DNA from: Candidatus Bathyarchaeia archaeon
GTDB lineage: Archaea; Thermoproteota; Bathyarchaeia; TCS64
DNA length: 31,142 bases
Direction: 5' to 3'
NCBI GenBank assembly: GCA_050014495.1
Contig: JBEKDF010000036.1
Span: 1 to 31,142 of the forward strand
Shown piece by piece: positions 1 through 9,786 of the stretch. Under the pieces are notes generated by a model. The model was not told the origin of the DNA. It ran no database searches and saw only the letters and a list, made by a program, of their open reading frames with translations. The position numbers and the translations under genes were made by a program. The first letter of the stretch is position 1; each line of letters begins with the position of its first letter.

Positions 1-98
1 GCAATGAAAACTACAAAGAAGGTTCCTCCCTTTACTCTTTAAACATTTTTTGGTTGATGACCTGGTGGTCCCTATTATTTTCGCGCACAGTAGATGTT

Positions 99-1370
99 TC
101 AATCTCTACCATGCTTAAAAAATGGGAAGGGCACATATAACCCAATTCGTTTAAAGAAGCTTATTTTAGATAAATTAACGCTACTTAGAACTAAAAATGT
201 CCTAAAAACCGATACGGGAGATAAACCAACTTTAGGTCTAGGTTTGAAAATTGGTGTTTTATACTTTTGAGCTGAAAGAATTGCCATGCGGGTGCCTAAG
301 TCAACTTTTTTAAATACCAAGTTAGATTGTTGAGATTGTTCAATCTTTTCGACTGGGATGTATCTGAGATTTAGTCGGCCGTTTTTCACTATATCTTTCA
401 GTAGATTGTCAGAAAAATTATTTTTTGAGACGATAAGTGATCGGCCAATTTTATCTGAATTGTATTCTGGAAGCCAAGCGTCTCCAAATGATATATCGGC
501 TAACTCAGCCATTTGGTCTGGGCACATCATGCATCGAATCGGCGTAAAGAAATAGCAGGAAAACATTGGCCAATAGGAAAACCAACCTGTAGTTAGAGGA
601 ATTATCTTCTCTCGTTTGTTCTTTATCTTAATCGACATTGACCCCGGCCAGCCTCTTCCTCTATATTGCATCTCTACGACACTTGAGGGATCTACACCCT
701 TTTTTTCTAGGAGGAATTGGATACCCGGGAAACTCACCATGTGTGAACATAACAGGCCAAGGTGTAGAACTACTCTTTCTCTCAAATGTGGGATATATTG
801 CTCAGCCTTTCTAATACCATGTATATGACAGGGTAATCCTACGATAGCATATCTTCCATCAGAGGTTACAATAGTTCTCAGGGCTTCAGCGAGGGTTACT
901 GGGCAGTATTTTGATCGTGCAGCTTCAATAATCTCTTCTTTAGTAGTCGCCAATATGGCCATAGGCTCTAATGGATTAGATGGGTTCATTGAGGTTACTA
1001 AGGCCCCATCGATCTTTTTTTCTTCAAGAAGTGTTGTTAATATCTGAGTGATTAGCCCACCTGAAGCGGAATTGAACCTAATATTTTCGTCGCTAGAGTA
1101 GCCAACGTAGCAATGTGTGAAAATACCTACCTTCTCATTTTCTGGTTGGGTTTTGAAGACTTTTTTATTCAATCCTTCTATGTCTAAATCGTAACCCGGG
1201 CATACTTTTAGGCATAAATTACAATTATTGCAGCTCTCATTGACAATTGGAATGAAGTGTCCTTCTTCATCATTATTCTCCATGTGGATGGCCAGTTTCG
1301 GGCAGACTGCGTAACATGTGCCACATCCATGACAAAGATGATTCTTTACGACGATACCAACATTAGGCAA
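99..1370 (-). CDS. Coenzyme F420 hydrogenase/dehydrogenase beta-subunit (FrhB/FdhB)-like protein with N-terminal 2x[4Fe-4S] ferredoxin domain
   Basis: Two CxxCxxCxxxCP motifs at the N-terminus, plus SASGG, SKY, VGLPC, GLLC and ADISFGDAW motifs. This family is common in polysaccharide loci. Confidence 0.9.
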   Translation of the reverse strand: MPNVGIVVKNHLCHGCGTCYAVCPKLAIHMENNDEEGHFIPIVNESCNNCNLCLKVCPGYDLDIEGLNKKVFKTQPENEKVGIFTHCYVGYSSDENIRFNSASGGLITQILTTLLEEKKIDGALVTSMNPSNPLEPMAILATTKEEIIEAARSKYCPVTLAEALRTIVTSDGRYAIVGLPCHIHGIRKAEQYIPHLRERVVLHLGLLCSHMVSFPGIQFLLEKKGVDPSSVVEMQYRGRGWPGSMSIKIKNKREKIIPLTTGWFSYWPMFSCYFFTPIRCMMCPDQMAELADISFGDAWLPEYNSDKIGRSLIVSKNNFSDNLLKDIVKNGRLNLRYIPVEKIEQSQQSNLVFKKVDLGTRMAILSAQKYKTPIFKPRPKVGLSPVSVFRTFLVLSSVNLSKISFFKRIGLYVPFPFFKHGRD

Positions 1371-2679
1371 TAGAGCTACCTCTGTTGATCGTTGAACTAA
1401 CAGGCCTCATCTTTCCTGATTGTTCACGCTTAATATCTTCAACGAATATGATATTGATACTGAAATTTTCGGGTTTAATATTTATCAATCCATACATGAA
1501 TGTTTTCATTGAGCTCTCGAGTTCTTTTTCTTCAATGTTTTCATTCGATTTTTTGACGTAGATGTCAATTGATTCAATTTCTTTCTGAACTACCTGCCAT
1601 TCCTCAATCTTTGTCTGAAAAGGTCCTCTCATCAGGAGCTGGAAGGAAGTTGGGGAGATAGTTCGACCATCGGGAAGTACGATGTAATCACCTTTTCTAC
1701 CCTCTATGACTTTCATCATTGAAAGTGTTCTTCCGCAGGGACATTTTTCATCAGAAAGTACTCCAACATCGCCCATGGAGTATCTAAGCAATGGCATTGC
1801 ATAGTTTATCAGGCTAGTGCAAATAATTTCGCCGGGTTCACCGGGTCTTACCTCTGAGTCGTCTTGATCAATGAATTGCACAATTGTTGCATCTTCGTCG
1901 ATATGATAGCCTGTTTTTTTTGGGCATTGCCATGCCACTCTCTCGAATTCGATTGTAGCGTACTGATCATAGAGGGGAGCCCGGAATATGTTTTCGATGT
2001 AGTCCATCTGTGTTTTGCTACAGCTCTCTGCCCCACAGAAATTTAGTCTTGGACTAATTGTTTTAGTACCACGTCTCTCGATTTCCTTCGCTAATAAGTA
2101 TAGGCAACTCGGATATGCATCTATTATATTGGGTTGTATTTTTTCTAATAGATCTAGTTGTTTTTGTACACCGTCAAAAATTGATATTGGTCTGGGTGTA
2201 AAGACACTTAGGAACTCAAGTGTTCCGGGTACCTTAGTTCTCTGATTGACGTTGGTTATGGTTGTCCAGCGATCAAATAATCTTTGACCACAACCAACAT
2301 TCGCCCTGAGGTGTTTTACTTTACGGATTCGATCATCATGTTTGCTTAAAAAGATCTGGAGTGGCTTTCCAGTTGAACCAGAGGTTGACTTAACTATTAA
2401 CTCATTTTTATTGAATTCTTTTGATATGAACTTGTCTGGATTTTTTTGGATGTCTTTTTTATATAGTATTGGAAGCTTGTTTAAATCATCAACTTTTTTT
2501 ATATCTTCCGGATTTATATTCATGTTTTTCATTAAATCGTGGTAATAGCTTACATTATTATATGAGTAACTAATAATTGCCTTTAATTGTTTATTTTTGT
2601 ACTCTTCTAATTTTTCCCGACTCATATATGAGTTTTTAACAAATTTATAATAGTTATATATCATCGACGGGAGAGACAT
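1363..2679 (-). CDS. Phenylacetate-CoA ligase family (PaaK/CapK-like) adenylate-forming protein
   Basis: STSGSTG P-loop, YATIE, AMPLLRYSMGD, EGR and SGK motifs; overlaps the downstream gene by 8 bp. Confidence 0.9.
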   Translation of the reverse strand: MSLPSMIYNYYKFVKNSYMSREKLEEYKNKQLKAIISYSYNNVSYYHDLMKNMNINPEDIKKVDDLNKLPILYKKDIQKNPDKFISKEFNKNELIVKSTSGSTGKPLQIFLSKHDDRIRKVKHLRANVGCGQRLFDRWTTITNVNQRTKVPGTLEFLSVFTPRPISIFDGVQKQLDLLEKIQPNIIDAYPSCLYLLAKEIERRGTKTISPRLNFCGAESCSKTQMDYIENIFRAPLYDQYATIEFERVAWQCPKKTGYHIDEDATIVQFIDQDDSEVRPGEPGEIICTSLINYAMPLLRYSMGDVGVLSDEKCPCGRTLSMMKVIEGRKGDYIVLPDGRTISPTSFQLLMRGPFQTKIEEWQVVQKEIESIDIYVKKSNENIEEKELESSMKTFMYGLINIKPENFSINIIFVEDIKREQSGKMRPVSSTINRGSSIA

Positions 2680-2860
2680 GTTTTACATCTCGTTAAGCTT
2701 CGTGTTACTCATTAAATGTATCCACGTGTATATTAAAAATTATTTTTGATAAATAAAGAAAATCGTTTTTAGAACCATAAAGTATGATCGCGAATATTTC
2801 AACTGGGAATTAATTATTTGCAATTAAAGATTGAAATTTTGCTACTCAAAATATGTTCTG

Positions 2861-3538
2861 TTAGTTTTGTAGATTGATTTTAAAAAAAAGTTGATTCCAG
2901 ACACATGACTTCGTTGGGGTATTTATTACAAAACTGAATGTATTTGTGTTTTCGTTGAATGTCCATAGTTCAAAGACTATCCTCGAATAAACGAAATTGT
3001 TTTCATCGGGGATATTAGGAATTATGGGTAGTGACAAATCAACAGGATATTTTGAGTTATTTATATTGATTATAGTGGATATTCCTATTGAGGTATTATC
3101 ATTGTAGGTAATTTTACTTGGATTTTCTATCGACCATGTAAAGTTATGATATACGGTAGATCCTTTAGTTATGAAAAATGGAATATTATATATAGTGGTT
3201 GCTGGACTTGGTGAAAGAGATGCTGAATTTGGTAAGGGGGATAACGCCTGTAGCGTCTCGTTGTAGGGTAATATTTTTACTTTAATATCTAAGTATTGTA
3301 TATTATCCATATTATTTGTAACTGAAATATTCCAATGATTATTAGATCCGAGCTTAATTTCTGTATTATTATTACTATAGTAATTTTCAATAGTGTTATT
3401 ATTTCCAATAATACCCATAGCTAAAAATTGGTTTTCTTTATTAATATTTATTACTCCTCGTAGATAGGTAATCCATATAATAGTTATTATGAATATACTA
3501 ACTAAAATAGTTAATATTTTTATTTCATTAAATTTCAT
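2861..3538 (-). CDS. DUF1616-like membrane-anchored protein
   Basis: N-terminal TM helix; 'ENYY' and 'RIVFELWTFN...WNQL' resemble archaeal DUF1616 proteins of glycosylation loci. Confidence 0.6.
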   Translation of the reverse strand: MKFNEIKILTILVSIFIITIIWITYLRGVININKENQFLAMGIIGNNNTIENYYSNNNTEIKLGSNNHWNISVTNNMDNIQYLDIKVKILPYNETLQALSPLPNSASLSPSPATTIYNIPFFITKGSTVYHNFTWSIENPSKITYNDNTSIGISTIININNSKYPVDLSLPIIPNIPDENNFVYSRIVFELWTFNENTNTFSFVINTPTKSCVWNQLFFKINLQN

Positions 3539-4025
3539 GTTTTATTACCTCTGGTTTCATTTTCATTAGTTTTGTTAAATAATATTGTTTATAGATAATC
3601 CAGAATAGTGTAGTTAATATAACTATTATGATGGTAGTTACTATTGGAACAATAGAGTTTGAGATATAGGTCAAGTAGCCCTTGGAGTAATATTGAGTCA
3701 AGGCGTTTTGGGCTTCATTATTAATGTTATTTAAACTGGATGCTGCTAGCTGCAATGTTGAGATAGCATTTTTGTCATCCCCAGCGTTATTATATGTTCC
3801 AGCTTTTTCAAGTAAATCTAAACTAAGATTTAATATATTTGCGTAATAGGATACATCGACACCGTTTTTATTTAATGTCAATACTAAATTATAATCTATT
3901 AATAATTTTACTTCAACGTTGGCGCGTAGTTCATTGTATTGAGTTTGAGAATTACTTGGTTGCGGTTTTAAAGAAGTAATTGATATAAATATTAACATTA
4001 AAAAAAAAATTATCTTTTTTCTCAT
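3528..4025 (-). CDS. Hypothetical protein with signal peptide and C-terminal TM anchor
   Basis: Hydrophobic N- and C-terminal segments around a helical body; overlaps the next gene. Confidence 0.7.
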   Translation of the reverse strand: MRKKIIFFLMLIFISITSLKPQPSNSQTQYNELRANVEVKLLIDYNLVLTLNKNGVDVSYYANILNLSLDLLEKAGTYNNAGDDKNAISTLQLAASSLNNINNEAQNALTQYYSKGYLTYISNSIVPIVTTIIIVILTTLFWIIYKQYYLTKLMKMKPEVIKHEI

Positions 4026-4326
4026 TTTTTTACACCGTAAGCCTATGAAGTGTCTAGACTAAACCTCTCTAAAGACGATTTATACTTTTTGCAACTATTT
4101 TCATAAACAAGTTCATATGCGCAAGAATTGGTGACATATTTCTAATTTCTATTTAAATGAAGGCTTTCAATTTATTTTGAAGGCTATTAATTAAAAATAT
4201 TAATAAATAATTATTTTAAATATATATTGCCTATATTTAAGTATTTTTTTTGCTAATTATTTAAAATTAGAATTTATCGTGTCCCTGCCCTTAAAAAGGA
4301 CGAGTAGAGTCAAATAATTAGCATCA

Positions 4327-5772
4327 ATGTTCGAAAAAAATAAGTTTAACTTATCGATGACGATTAAAACATTCATTATTTTAGTTGTAGCTGGATCGAT
4401 TATAGCTCCTCAAGTTAATGTGTTTGGGGCTACGGCGACGATTACTATAACGTCGAATTATTTGACCTCTAACACATTTTCTACTGGATTTCAGCTAACG
4501 GGGGAGGATGCTTGGAAGTGGCAGTCAAGTTCAACGCTTCAGTCCTTATCCGAAAATATGAATGCACAATTTGTTCGTTTTTTTAACAATCTCTTTGAGC
4601 CTTGTACCCAATGGAATGAGAAGACTAAGACTGGTACGTGGGATTGGACCGAGGTAGATAGTCAGGTTGAGGCGATTTTTGCGTCTGGAGCAGAGCCAAT
4701 TATTGTGCTCGGATTTTATAGTTGGACGTCAAAGACTCTACAAGTGCCGAATGGGATGACTACCTATTCAAGCACTGGTGGTTTGCCCTCACCAGATAGT
4801 TGGGCAGCTTATTGTAAGGCCTGGGTTACTCATTTTAAACAATTAAATCTACCTGTTAAGTATTATGAGGTTTTTAATGAGCCATGTAATTATTGGAATG
4901 TTTATGGTTGGCCTGCGCCTCAACCCTGGCTTGGTTATTTCACGAAGTTATTCAACGCTGCTGCAATAGCTATGCGTTCCGCAAATTCGAACGTTAAAAT
5001 TGGAAACGACTCCAGCAATATGGTGGCAGTGTTGAACTACTTCATCGCAAATGGTGTCAAAATAGACTTTTTTGACTATCACAATTATACAACTGGTACC
5101 ACTTCGACCTCCGACTCCGATCTTTTCAGCTCCGCTGAAACACATTATCTAACGGATTCAGTTAGCTATTATGGTACCAGCAATGCTCTATCAGTATACA
5201 AAGCTGCTACAGGAGTCTATCTGCCCGTTCTGATTACTGAAGGAAATCTGAGTTATACCTATTCGAGTGGTACTGACTCCCGGATTCAGAAAATGACTGG
5301 AGCAGTATACCAAGCCTTGAGGATAAAGACAGACATAGTAAACAACTACTTAACAGATATCTACTTCACCTTCGCTAGTAGTGCGAGTGCTTGGAAATCT
5401 AAGGCTACTCACGGGTACGGCTTTGGAATGGTTAACACGGACACCTCCAAGCCGTGGTACCCATATTATGTTCAACAGTTGATCGGTTCAAATTTATCGA
5501 TTGGAGACAAAATTTACGATGTCAATAGCTCCATCAGTGGAATTACTGGCCTATCATGGATTCATAACGGTGTAAAGAATATCCTGCTCATCAGCAAGGT
5601 AACTAGCCAAAACACGGTAACGATCAAGGGAGTAACCTCGCAGATGAGTTACTATAAATTGGATAATTCGATATCTTATACTGCACCTTCGGTTCAGAAG
5701 GGTACGGTTAGTCCAACTAGCTCCATTACATTCAACGGTTATACTGTTATGCTTCTGCAGACGAAAGTCTAA
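4327..5772 (+). CDS. Secreted clan GH-A (GH39-like) glycoside hydrolase
   Basis: Signal peptide; YYEVFNEP (acid/base Glu), DFFDYHNY, LITEGN (nucleophile Glu); C-terminal beta-sandwich-like region. Confidence 0.8.
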   Translation: MFEKNKFNLSMTIKTFIILVVAGSIIAPQVNVFGATATITITSNYLTSNTFSTGFQLTGEDAWKWQSSSTLQSLSENMNAQFVRFFNNLFEPCTQWNEKTKTGTWDWTEVDSQVEAIFASGAEPIIVLGFYSWTSKTLQVPNGMTTYSSTGGLPSPDSWAAYCKAWVTHFKQLNLPVKYYEVFNEPCNYWNVYGWPAPQPWLGYFTKLFNAAAIAMRSANSNVKIGNDSSNMVAVLNYFIANGVKIDFFDYHNYTTGTTSTSDSDLFSSAETHYLTDSVSYYGTSNALSVYKAATGVYLPVLITEGNLSYTYSSGTDSRIQKMTGAVYQALRIKTDIVNNYLTDIYFTFASSASAWKSKATHGYGFGMVNTDTSKPWYPYYVQQLIGSNLSIGDKIYDVNSSISGITGLSWIHNGVKNILLISKVTSQNTVTIKGVTSQMSYYKLDNSISYTAPSVQKGTVSPTSSITFNGYTVMLLQTKV

Positions 5773-5845
5773 AATTAGAGACATAATTGCTGCGCGCGAA
5801 CCAACATGTGCTTAATAGATGTTTAAGTGTGTTAATTCAATTAAT

Positions 5846-7141
5846 TTAGTGGATTTTGTTTATTATTTTTCTCAGTTTACCAGACTTGTCTCTTTCTATG
5901 TGTTTTACAAACTTAAAATTGATATCGATATCGGTTACAAATATGTCTTTTAGAATTTTTTTTGCGTGTTCTAATCTCTCTTCACCCACAAAATTTTCAT
6001 TTATCTCCAAATTGATGGTTAAACTGTTAATTTTATCTTGAATGATCTGATATTGGTTTATTCCCTGGTAATTATTGAATGGTTCATCTAATATATCCGA
6101 TAATAATCTGGGGGAAATTAATTTGCCAGCTTCATTTTCTAACGTATCATCTTGTCTCCCCTCAATCACCTTAAATAGGGGTAGTTTTACCCCGCATGAA
6201 CATTCATCGTCTAAGTGAATTGCCATGTCTCTCATTCTATATCTTATTAAAGGCATGGAACTATTATTCAATGAAGTACAAACTACTTCGCCTACTTCAT
6301 TATTACCTACAACTTCATTATTTTTGTTAATTAACTCTACATATATATTATCTATGTTTATATGGTACCCTTTATGTTCCTTACACTCCCAGGCTATCTG
6401 ACTCCATTCTTCACTGGCATAATTGTCGTAAACTTCTGATTCAAAAGTGTCTGAGATTTGTTTTCTAACTGACTGCTCTAATAGTTCACCGCTCGTTATG
6501 AGTATTTTCGGATTAATTTTAGCTTGAACATTTTTTGTGTAATAGTCTGCCAGTATTTTAAGGCAGGAGGGATAACTTTTTATTACATCTGGTTTAATAT
6601 CTGCTAATTTTTTTAATAACACGGAAGGATCATCAAAAATTGATAAATAATATCTATTGATTAATCCTAATCCTCCTCCAATTTTCATAAATATACCTTT
6701 ATTAGGACGCATATCTGCTGGGATTATTAATGTCGCATATTTATCCATCATTTTTATACCTCTTCGCATATTAGATCTTCTCCACATTACATCTTCAATT
6801 GATTTCTGATTTTTATCGATATATACATTTAATGGTATCCCAGTTGATCCACTTGTGTGTCTACAGAGTAATTTATTTTTATCATAGTTAACGCTTATAA
6901 TTTCTTCTAATGATAATCTTCTTATTGTTTCCTTAGACATAACAGGTAAATTCTTTATATCCTCAATATTATTAATATTATTAAATTTATCTTTATAGTT
7001 TCTATTATAAAATTTTATGTTATTGTAAGCATTATTAAGTATTTTAACAAACTTTTTATTTTGTATTTTCTTTATCTCTTCTGAGGATTTAAATAGATTA
7101 TTATTATACTCTATAAGGTGTTCTAAATCATTAAGAGACAT
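5846..7141 (-). CDS. Phenylacetate-CoA ligase family (PaaK/CapK-like) protein, second paralogue
   Basis: TSGSTG, YASEE, MPLIRYRMRD, EGR and SGKLR motifs. Confidence 0.9.
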   Translation of the reverse strand: MSLNDLEHLIEYNNNLFKSSEEIKKIQNKKFVKILNNAYNNIKFYNRNYKDKFNNINNIEDIKNLPVMSKETIRRLSLEEIISVNYDKNKLLCRHTSGSTGIPLNVYIDKNQKSIEDVMWRRSNMRRGIKMMDKYATLIIPADMRPNKGIFMKIGGGLGLINRYYLSIFDDPSVLLKKLADIKPDVIKSYPSCLKILADYYTKNVQAKINPKILITSGELLEQSVRKQISDTFESEVYDNYASEEWSQIAWECKEHKGYHINIDNIYVELINKNNEVVGNNEVGEVVCTSLNNSSMPLIRYRMRDMAIHLDDECSCGVKLPLFKVIEGRQDDTLENEAGKLISPRLLSDILDEPFNNYQGINQYQIIQDKINSLTINLEINENFVGEERLEHAKKILKDIFVTDIDINFKFVKHIERDKSGKLRKIINKIH

Positions 7142-7251
7142 ACTTATAGATTCAACTCTTACGTACCATAGGGGTAGTCATAAACCTTAATTGATAAGTT
7201 TATTGGAGGTTATATATGTAATAAAAAGACCTATCATTTATACGCGCTCAT

Positions 7252-7578
7252 TTAACCTGAGGGAAGGAAAACTGCTACTATCTTCATATCTTTCTGAACT
7301 ACTATGGTGGCGGGGTTATCTACACCTGATTGGTCTCCAGACCAGTAACTGAAAATGTTACCGGGGTCAGCTACTGCTTTGACCGTTATCGTTGTTCCCT
7401 GCAGAACCTGTATAGCGGTTTGGTAGCCTCCCTGTGGTTGGAAGGTGACTTGACCGTTTCCTATGACGGAGAGGGTGACGGTGTAGTATTTGGGTTGTAG
7501 AAAGACGAAGTATGTGACGCTTATTCCCGCTGCAATTACCGCGACTCCAATTATTGCGTAAATTATTAGTTTATTCAA
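7252..7578 (-). CDS. Small membrane-anchored protein with a divergent InlB B-repeat (Flg_new-like) domain
   Basis: TM helix followed by YTVTLSV-GNG-V...A.ADPG..FSYWSGD...NP..I.V..D..I.AVF. Confidence 0.75.
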   Translation of the reverse strand: MNKLIIYAIIGVAVIAAGISVTYFVFLQPKYYTVTLSVIGNGQVTFQPQGGYQTAIQVLQGTTITVKAVADPGNIFSYWSGDQSGVDNPATIVVQKDMKIVAVFLPSG

Positions 7579-7667
7579 TTTGTTTTCTACCTTTTAAGTC
7601 TGAAAAGGAGCTTAATGCTATTAAGGCTTTTGAGTTTATAACATAGATAATTAATTCACATCGTGAT

Positions 7668-9506
7668 TTGACTTGTTTCCAGTTTAGTTTTGTGCGTGAT
7701 TTCATTCTCAAGTCACAAGATAAGACAAGTGCAACCTTAGCATGGAATGTAAGTTTAATTCTTGACCATACTTTATATGGAGAAAAGGAGCAAGGGTACC
7801 TGTTCAAATCAACGTTCGACAGGGTCATACCGTATGTCCTGTCACTCACAACGGTTTTGATGATTCTGCAGGCCATTGACTACTTGAAGCCAGTCTACCT
7901 CGTACAGGTTCATAGGTTCTGGGAGCCAGCCGAGTTTAGTATTAATGCAAATCTCACGTTGCTATTGGGGATTCTCTCGTCAATTATCATCTTTTGGATA
8001 GTGACAACAAGACCCAAATTTGTGCTTATACCGGCTCTTGGATTAGGTTCCTTTCTCTTTATGAACCCAACTGCATCAATCGTATTGGTTGCATCACTCT
8101 GCATCGTTACAGCCCTCTTCTCGAGCTTGAAGATCACGGATTACTTGCTCGGGTTAATGGGTTTATTGTGCATTTTGGAAGGGGGGGCTCTACTCCAATG
8201 GTTGATTTTCATGCCGCTGGGACTTTTGAGCCCCCTCTCCGGCTTGGCTGATCTTGAAAGTAACCTGTACTATTTGGTTGCGCAGTTGTCTCCCCTGATA
8301 ATGCTCATATTCGCTATTCTGGGGATCATAATCCCGGTTCAATACTTCTCGAGGGGATCCTTTGAAGTCGTGGTTCATGAAACAAAGATTGTCAAGGGAA
8401 CACGATATGAGCTGATTGTTCTGGGTCTGATATTGGCGTTGAGTGTGATAGTGGCGGTATACCCGTATCTACCGAGGGTTAATCCCCTGAGTGTGAATGT
8501 TGGGGTAGATGGCCCACAGTACGTTCTTGAGTTCAAGCAGGTTGAGGCAGACCCGAGCCGAGCGTTTCAGCTTGAGGGTGGATCTAGGCCAGTACTCTAC
8601 CTGCTCCTGTTCGGGTTCCAGAGGTTGACGTCCCTAAGTGTCCCAGATACAATAAGATGGACACCAGTCGTGTTGAATCCACTGCTTGTGCTATCCACGG
8701 TCTTCCTGGCTTTGGAGATGATTGGGAATATTAGGGGGGCGGTCTATGCGGGTTTCTTCACGGTGGTGGGGTATGCACTATCGGGGGGGATGTATGCCTA
8801 CTTCCTAGCGGATATGCTCACATTGAGCATTATTCTGGCCTCTCTGGGTTTCTTGCTGAGGCATTATAGGAATGGGAGTAGGCTGGACCTCGTGATCGCT
8901 TCGATTCTTGGGAGTCTATTCGTGTTCACTCACCCTTGGACCCTCGACCAGTACGTGGCTCCGGTGGCGGCTACGGGTGTGTTGGTTACGTATCTCTATT
9001 TGAGGCATAAGGGAGATGCTCCGACCCCTTGGGGTCTAATCTCCTATTGTGGTGTGATTGCAGTGGCGGATGTTGTTAAAGTGTTGCTACTCAGAGGCAG
9101 TGTGGACGGCGTCACTGCTCTTGGCACGCTCTCCCAGGGCATCACTAACACTCAGATGTTCTGGCTCGACCTAGTTAATAGCTCGAGGTTCATCCTGGGA
9201 GGTTTTCTGACAAGTTTGCCTCTTCTTGTTTTGGCTGTTATCGGGATGTGGAGGATTAAACGGAAAAATTTGCCAAACTCACTGATCTTACTCTTTATGG
9301 CTATGACATCGGCTGTATACTTGGTGGGGGATGTTGTGGTTAAGAGCAGGTTGATCTACAATTTGCCCATTGGTATTCTCGCTGCCTTTGGGCTCGTTTA
9401 TTTGAATGATCTCATTGTTGACCATAGACTCAAATCAATGATTTCTGGAGCCTTGGTGATCACGCTCCTTGTGTATCTGTTTCGGGGACTCGCTACATTG
9501 GTCTGA
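7668..9506 (+). CDS. Polytopic membrane protein, GT-C-like (glycosyltransferase/polymerase-like); true start probably near 7800-7860
   Basis: Many TM segments; 'VGVDGPQY' loop and 'FTHPWT'; adjacent to the flippase. A TATA-like CTTTATAT at 7771-7778 argues for a later start than the ORF-track start. Confidence 0.6.
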   Translation: MTCFQFSFVRDFILKSQDKTSATLAWNVSLILDHTLYGEKEQGYLFKSTFDRVIPYVLSLTTVLMILQAIDYLKPVYLVQVHRFWEPAEFSINANLTLLLGILSSIIIFWIVTTRPKFVLIPALGLGSFLFMNPTASIVLVASLCIVTALFSSLKITDYLLGLMGLLCILEGGALLQWLIFMPLGLLSPLSGLADLESNLYYLVAQLSPLIMLIFAILGIIIPVQYFSRGSFEVVVHETKIVKGTRYELIVLGLILALSVIVAVYPYLPRVNPLSVNVGVDGPQYVLEFKQVEADPSRAFQLEGGSRPVLYLLLFGFQRLTSLSVPDTIRWTPVVLNPLLVLSTVFLALEMIGNIRGAVYAGFFTVVGYALSGGMYAYFLADMLTLSIILASLGFLLRHYRNGSRLDLVIASILGSLFVFTHPWTLDQYVAPVAATGVLVTYLYLRHKGDAPTPWGLISYCGVIAVADVVKVLLLRGSVDGVTALGTLSQGITNTQMFWLDLVNSSRFILGGFLTSLPLLVLAVIGMWRIKRKNLPNSLILLFMAMTSAVYLVGDVVVKSRLIYNLPIGILAAFGLVYLNDLIVDHRLKSMISGALVITLLVYLFRGLATLV

Positions 9507-9786
9507 TTCTCAGAGTTTCTTCTCGTGGCCTTCTATTTGTGTGTGCGGGGGACTTATGTGGGCGGGTTAGGTAGGGGCTGCCATTATTATTCATAGGTGC
9601 GGCGTAATGCTCAGAAATATTAGACTCGAAAACCATAAATGACACATAGAGGACTTTGATTCGTTAAATACGAACAATTGAAACTGTATCCTATTACAAT
9701 AAGGAAAAATACAGAGGGGAGGGTGCCGGCTGTCTGAGAGCTTTGAGAATCTGGCTAAGAAATCTGCTTCATATAGTCTTATTCTC

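Noticed and set aside
99..1370. Interpretation as a true F420-reducing hydrogenase subunit
   Set aside because: No hydrogenase large/small subunit or maturation genes nearby; the context is a glycan locus.
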